In this document: positions 59,503 through 64,000 of the stretch, one piece after another
Layout of the letters: every line of letters starts with the position of its first letter
Position numbering within the stretch: position 1 is the stretch's first letter
NCBI GenBank assembly: GCA_963822585.1
Contig: CAWGIE010000036.1
Location: 64,001-128,000 of the forward strand
Length of the DNA: 64,000 bases
DNA from: an uncultured bacterium
GTDB lineage: Bacteria > Auribacterota > Erginobacteria > Erginobacterales > Erginobacteraceae
Direction of reading: 5' to 3'
Made by a program: the position numbers and the translations under genes
Notes under the pieces: generated by a model
Databases searched by the model: none
Seen by the model: the letters and a program-made list of their open reading frames with translations, nothing else
What the model was told of the DNA's origin: nothing

Positions 59503-60261
59503 ATGAAGAAGGCTATAATAGTAGTTTGTATGAGCACGCTCCTTCTATCCTGTAACAGTAAAGAAGAAACCACTACAAATGAGTCAGAATTAAAGATTGC
59601 GCCGATTTTCGAGGAGTTTATTAACGCACTGGGCAGAAAAGATTTCACAGAGGCATTCCAATTACTCCATCCCAGGATTCAGAACGCTTGGACTTTTCAG
59701 GGATTTTCCCACGAGGTAGGGTTGATCCGTGAGTCTCTTGGAGACAGATGGAATCCCACCATAATTGAATGCGGGGGCGATCCATCAGGAAAATACAGGC
59801 AAGCTTCTTACCACCTGGAAAAGGATTGGAAATCTTTATTCAATATGTATAGCTCAGCCGCGAACGCGGGGAAAGGCTTGAAGATCACAAAACTTGAATT
59901 CACTGCTCTATTAGAAAAAAACGCTCATCTATCACCACAAGTCAAAACTTTGGTGACACGCTTTGTTGAACTTCTCCGACAAGAGCAGTATGAAGAAGCT
60001 AAGTCGTTGTTCCCCGATAAAGTCCAGCCGCAGATACAGACTCATTTACTTAAACTGGCCCGAGCGGTATTGACCACCGGACAACCGGAACAATTTGAAT
60101 TAAAACAGAGGGAATATCGAACCCTCGCCGGGGGAGTTTGGCACGACAATATTCTTATTATTCCACAAAGTGACCAGGCTAATTATCTTGAAATTGGCGC
60201 ATTCAGCGATGGTTCAGAAGCTAAAATTATTTCCTTCAACATCAAGGCAAGAGCGGAATAA
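59503..60261 (+). CDS. Hypothetical lipoprotein
   Basis: LLLSC lipobox; two similar F...L....Y/F.EA..L segments. Confidence 0.7.
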   Translation: MKKAIIVVCMSTLLLSCNSKEETTTNESELKIAPIFEEFINALGRKDFTEAFQLLHPRIQNAWTFQGFSHEVGLIRESLGDRWNPTIIECGGDPSGKYRQASYHLEKDWKSLFNMYSSAANAGKGLKITKLEFTALLEKNAHLSPQVKTLVTRFVELLRQEQYEEAKSLFPDKVQPQIQTHLLKLARAVLTTGQPEQFELKQREYRTLAGGVWHDNILIIPQSDQANYLEIGAFSDGSEAKIISFNIKARAE

Positions 60262-60443
60262 AAAACCCTCCACCAAAAAAATCTTGGCTGGTCCATCCAC
60301 GCGCGGGGGGGGCCTCAGAGGCGAAGGTAGGTGTGTGGGGTAAGGGGGGAGAGATCTTCTTTTCCCGGGGTAAAACCCCGGGCTGATATGTTATACCCTT
60401 TCAGGGTATCAAGCCGAATTTACAAATATTCAATTCCGGTTCC

Positions 60444-60513
60444 GGACAATCAGCACTCCACCCGACTTTTATCCGCCATGCGGCGACAAAAGCGGATGAA
60501 CTCTCCGTAAGCG
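60444..60513 (+). other. Degenerate attC-like site
   Basis: Paralog of 61312-61383 (ctccac.cgacttt..ccgccatg.ggcg..aaaagcg..tga); core boxes mutated (GGACAAT / GTAAGCG). Confidence 0.55.
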
Positions 60514-60780
60514 GCGCTGCGCGCCGACCAATTGGCTTCCCTTCAGGAAAGTTGAGATTTCATTAAATAAAACCAAGGATTCCCTCGTCTCGATTGTCAA
60601 AATGTACGTCAACACCCTTGTGATTCCGTCATTCCTATAATCAATATGTTCTGATGCCGTGGCCATTGCTCAAAACCAACTCGATTGATGAATACATCTG
60701 GCTAAGAAGACAGTCCGCCTATTATAATATTGGCACATTCTCTATTTCGGTAATATTAAACCTTCAACCTAATACCTGTT

Positions 60781-61317
60781 ATGCAAAATAAAAAATCATT
60801 ATTTGTCGTACGTTCTATTGCCCTCATTACCGCAGCCACCGCTATTTATGTTCTTTTCGATCCTATTGTATATAAGGCCGCAGGATTATGGCGGGCGTTT
60901 CTTGGTTTGTTTTTAAGTGATTTCCGAGGGCCAAATTCTTCTTGGTGGCTTTGGTTGCTGGGTAATTTGTTCAATTCTCTTTTTATACTTAAACTCATTT
61001 CAGCTTATGGATTATTTACACTCAAATCTTGGGCAAAAAAATTATCAATTATTGTTCTTTCAGCTGATTTCCTTTTCAGATTTGCATATATGATTCATTT
61101 TTGGGTCTATTATTTCACTCATCCTCGACCAGTTCATATCCCTTATGTTCCGAAAGAAGGTGAATGGCATATTTCAGTTGTTGTCCGCATCAGCATGTGG
61201 CCAACAGAGATAATCATGATGATAAGCCTCATTTCTATAATCATTCTTTTTCAAAAACCAATCAAAAAATTATTCCGCAAAGTTCCTATTTCAAATTCGA
61301 CAGATAACCTTGCATAA
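60781..61317 (+). CDS. 4-TM membrane protein (cassette gene)
   Basis: Hydrophobic ORF whose TAA lies in the GCATAAC box of the following attC. Confidence 0.72.
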   Translation: MQNKKSLFVVRSIALITAATAIYVLFDPIVYKAAGLWRAFLGLFLSDFRGPNSSWWLWLLGNLFNSLFILKLISAYGLFTLKSWAKKLSIIVLSADFLFRFAYMIHFWVYYFTHPRPVHIPYVPKEGEWHISVVVRISMWPTEIIMMISLISIIILFQKPIKKLFRKVPISNSTDNLA

Positions 61318-61383
61318 CCTGTCGCTCCACTCGACTTTCACCCGCCATGTGGCGGGTAAAAGCGAGTGAGCTTCTCGTTCTGG
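61312..61383 (+). other. Integron attC site
   Basis: GCATAAC ... gctccactcgactttcacccgcca-tg-tggcgggtaaaagcgagtgagc ... GTTCTGG, bulged palindrome. Confidence 0.8.
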
Positions 61384-61555
61384 CAACAAGAGTAAATAGA
61401 TCGAAGTCCTCCAGGAAACATCGGGATTATGGGGAAACCCACGAGGAGAGATCGGGGAAGTATAGTTAAAAACATGGCTAAATCCGGCAAGTCCGTCTGG
61501 CATCCGACAAAGGTATCATCCAATGCCCTGTGAATGGAAGAGGTGGTTTTGTAAA

Positions 61556-62005
61556 ATGGATAAAGATAAAGTCAAGGGCAAGTATCAGAATATAGAAACA
61601 CAGGAATTGATCATCATCGTTCATAACATCAACGATGATTATGAAGATGAAGCGGTTGAGTTGGCTTTGGAAGAGTTAAAGACACGTGGCGTCATTAAAA
61701 TCCCTAAGCCAGTTAAACCAGATGAAGAAGACACAGAGGAGGCAGTATCTCTACCTACCGATCCCGAGCTAATATCCAGAGTAATTCGAATTTATGGTGA
61801 TGAAAGATTAGCTGAACAAGCCTGCTCCAGACTCAGAGCTGAAGATATTGAGTCGTTTATCTGGAAAGACGATTGTGGAAGTGCCCGGCCATGGCTACAA
61901 ATGTATACAGGTGTAAGGCTTGCTGTTAGAGAGGATGATGCAGAAGCAGCTGAAAAGATTCTCGACAGAATTGAAGCGGACAAACCCAAATATCGACAAC
62001 ACTAA
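61556..62005 (+). CDS. DUF2007-like domain protein
   Basis: A.....RL.AEDIESFI..D...GVRLAVRE.DAE.AEKIL; GAGGT RBS before ATG 61556. Confidence 0.7.
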   Translation: MDKDKVKGKYQNIETQELIIIVHNINDDYEDEAVELALEELKTRGVIKIPKPVKPDEEDTEEAVSLPTDPELISRVIRIYGDERLAEQACSRLRAEDIESFIWKDDCGSARPWLQMYTGVRLAVREDDAEAAEKILDRIEADKPKYRQH

Positions 62006-62009
62006 TCCC

Positions 62010-62732
62010 ATGAAATCGCTCACGATAATTACGGTGTTAACAGTGACCATCTTCTCAGTCGGGATAAGTTTTGGGACGGAAGTTGAATCAAACAAAGAAT
62101 TTACTTGGATAATATTAGACAGCAGCCTGCCTGTTGAAAAGATGGTTAAAGATTATTTGGATTCTTGTACAACGGAGATATCCATCAAGAAGATTCCTGA
62201 TTCCAACATCGTCATAATTGACATTTCCGGGGTTGACGGGGCAAAGGCTCAGGAAATCCATAAAGGACTGATGAAAAATTTGATTATGACCTTCTTCCAC
62301 GAAGGATATGAAGATAAATTTAAACCAGATTTCAATTACAAATATATGGGAAATGGATTGTCTTTTGAATTGATAGAAAACAATAATGGATACACTCTAA
62401 AAATCGTTATCAAATTTTCAGAAGTCAATAAGAATACAATTAATTCTTTTCCCTATATTCTGAAAGCCAAAAATCCCGCAGTTTCTCATTTTATGACTGG
62501 TACCAAGTGGTCAAATTGTCAGGAAGTTAAAAATGGCATCGATGCTATTATGAGTATGATTGAGGCCTGTCAAATCTCTGATAAGCAAATAGCTTTGATT
62601 ATTAAGGGTAGAGATAAAGGATTACTTGAAAAATTTAAATCATATTATTCGGAAATGATACCTGAAATAAGAAATTCCGATGATTTTGAAAAAGTGCCGG
62701 CAATTATTATAGATATGCCCAGGTGTAATTGA
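62010..62732 (+). CDS. Hypothetical exported protein
   Basis: MKSLTIITVLTVTIFSVGISFG signal peptide, 4 nt after the previous stop. Confidence 0.65.
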   Translation: MKSLTIITVLTVTIFSVGISFGTEVESNKEFTWIILDSSLPVEKMVKDYLDSCTTEISIKKIPDSNIVIIDISGVDGAKAQEIHKGLMKNLIMTFFHEGYEDKFKPDFNYKYMGNGLSFELIENNNGYTLKIVIKFSEVNKNTINSFPYILKAKNPAVSHFMTGTKWSNCQEVKNGIDAIMSMIEACQISDKQIALIIKGRDKGLLEKFKSYYSEMIPEIRNSDDFEKVPAIIIDMPRCN

Positions 62733-63002
62733 TTTAAGATATGACCCGTCATATCTTTACGGACGAAACCGGAAAGCACGTCTGAGAGCCGACGAAGTAG
62801 ATGGAAAGGGGCAACACTTTCCAAGAGATGTTTCGAAAAGAAACTCCAGGAGTGTTCCCCATGAAGAGGTTTAATAAGAAGAAAAACAAGATTTGTTCCC
62901 AAACAGTGGGGAGACCACGATATCGACTTCCCTTATTATGTAGAAATATACATAACCAAGATAATTAGGGACATTAGGTAATTTTGCTCAACCTATCCTG
63001 CC

Positions 63003-63089
63003 TAGGAACAAAGGGATACCCAATCTTTTCCAACGAAATATTGTTGCGAAGGCATCAAAAGGGAGATTGGGTATAATAACAAGTTATGC
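63003..63089 (+). other. attC-like site
   Basis: TAGGAAC ... atacccaatct / agattgggtat ... GTTATGC, followed 13 nt later by a gene start. Confidence 0.6.
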
Positions 63090-63102
63090 ATCTGGAGAAA
63101 AG

Positions 63103-63516
63103 ATGAAAAATAGTGTTTTGACAGACTCCATGATTTGGATCGGTTCCTTGCTGCTAGGTATGATTTTACAGCCTTATCTATTACCAAGATTGGATGGCCC
63201 ATTCGCTGCATTCACTTCGCCGATAATTTTTAGCGGATTAATTATGGGAATTGTTTGGGTCTTACTAAGGATTGTTATCCATACCGTAACTCCTAAAATG
63301 TGGCCTAAATGGGCATTCATATTGATGACTATATTTATAGTACCGTTGACTCTATATCCAATCTTCTTGAAGAAAGATTTTATCCAAGTTCCACGCAGTG
63401 TTCTGATGTTTCCGTTATTTATTGCAGGCTTGATCTGGGGGATATATTCAGAGGTAAAAATGCATAACAAGCCGCTACAGCAGACCAGGACCCGCTCCGC
63501 GGGCCCTGGCCGCTGA
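63103..63516 (+). CDS. Small 4-TM membrane protein (cassette gene)
   Basis: GGAG RBS just after GTTATGC; reads into the next attC. Confidence 0.7.
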   Translation: MKNSVLTDSMIWIGSLLLGMILQPYLLPRLDGPFAAFTSPIIFSGLIMGIVWVLLRIVIHTVTPKMWPKWAFILMTIFIVPLTLYPIFLKKDFIQVPRSVLMFPLFIAGLIWGIYSEVKMHNKPLQQTRTRSAGPGR

Positions 63517-63530
63517 GCTTATCGTTAAGC
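63462..63530 (+). other. Integron attC site
   Basis: GCATAAC aagccgctacagcagaccagg...cctggccgctgagcttatc GTTAAGC. Confidence 0.88.
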
Positions 63531-64000
63531 ATGCAAGAAGCAAATGAGAGAACTAATAAAGTGAAAAGAAACGCATATCTCATCTTGCTAATTACGACAG
63601 TAGTCGGTTTTACCACAGTTTCATGTCGCCCCGCCGCCAAGATAGTCCTTGGTTCTGATGTAATAGCGAAAACCCTGTTCTATAAAAACCAGAAATTATA
63701 TGGTGTGACATCAATTAGTTTTGGGCGATTTAGCTCTGATTCAGAAAATGAAATAGCTATTGTGGGTACAAACGGTGCGCAATTTTTAACATATGCTGGT
63801 GCGGAGCGAGCGTTTATATCATTTGATCGGACAGTAGGAAAAACTGTTCCCATCAAAGTTCATTCGGATGACATATCTGAGTTCATGAACAGGGGAGGTG
63901 GTTGGCAGCAAGTATCATTGCTGGATTCGGAAGGGAATACGAAGTGGAGTTATCCTTCTGATGACAGTGCTGCTGCTGACGATATGTCTGCTGGTGACCT
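63531..64000 (+). CDS. Putative lipoprotein, truncated by window end (cassette gene)
   Basis: Manual translation open to the edge: (M)KRNAYLILLITTVVGFTTVSC...NRGGGWQQVSLLDSEGNTKWSY...AGD; start 63531 or GTG 63561. Confidence 0.7.
   Translation, partial: MQEANERTNKVKRNAYLILLITTVVGFTTVSCRPAAKIVLGSDVIAKTLFYKNQKLYGVTSISFGRFSSDSENEIAIVGTNGAQFLTYAGAERAFISFDRTVGKTVPIKVHSDDISEFMNRGGGWQQVSLLDSEGNTKWSYPSDDSAAADDMSAGD

Noticed and set aside
60360..60410. Hairpins cccgggg-taaa-accccggg and ataccct-ttc-agggtat as terminators
   Set aside because: No U-tract; more likely REP-like remnants, and not enough support to classify.
1..64000. tRNA, rRNA, integrase or T6SS structural genes
   Set aside because: None recognised by eye; tRNAscan-SE and HMM searches would be needed to exclude them formally.

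Overview
Bacterial chromosomal window with three parts. (1) 1-34.7 kb is GC-rich housekeeping sequence: mtnA (partial), a CPBP protease, apbE, surE, a GT2, dtd, a PflX-like radical SAM, MOSC, cutA, an ABC-type ATPase, ispA, yjbQ, hypB/hypA, rnz, an MFS, pncB, a PAS hybrid kinase, mntH-USP, an M20 hydrolase, and an ECF sigma/anti-sigma cluster with two CsgG-like proteins and a degenerate 5'-nucleotidase. Many intergenic gaps hold a small palindromic or mirrored short-tandem-repeat element. One family of about 220-240 bp begins exactly 2 nt after a stop codon in all 3 copies. Another is bounded by AA(C/G)TTAG and carries variable hairpin cargo. A 73x7-bp array sits between hypA and hypB. (2) 34.9-54.9 kb is an array of at least six N-terminally truncated Rhs core + variable toxin tip + putative immunity cassettes. 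One tip resembles colicin M and another a serum-amyloid-A-like helical domain. The array also contains an IS200 tnpA and IS110-family remnants whose end abuts a GGGGTCA-like junction motif. (3) 55-64 kb is accessory cargo: a Kelch/FG-GAP protein, a ComEC-MBL/ComEA fusion, lipoproteins and attC-bounded integron-type cassettes. A conserved motif of about 55 bp precedes four cargo blocks. Several single-base frameshifts, mostly in homopolymers, suggest long-read assembly error. No rRNA, tRNA, CRISPR array or integrase was recognised. All family assignments are from motif recognition by eye, not database searches.
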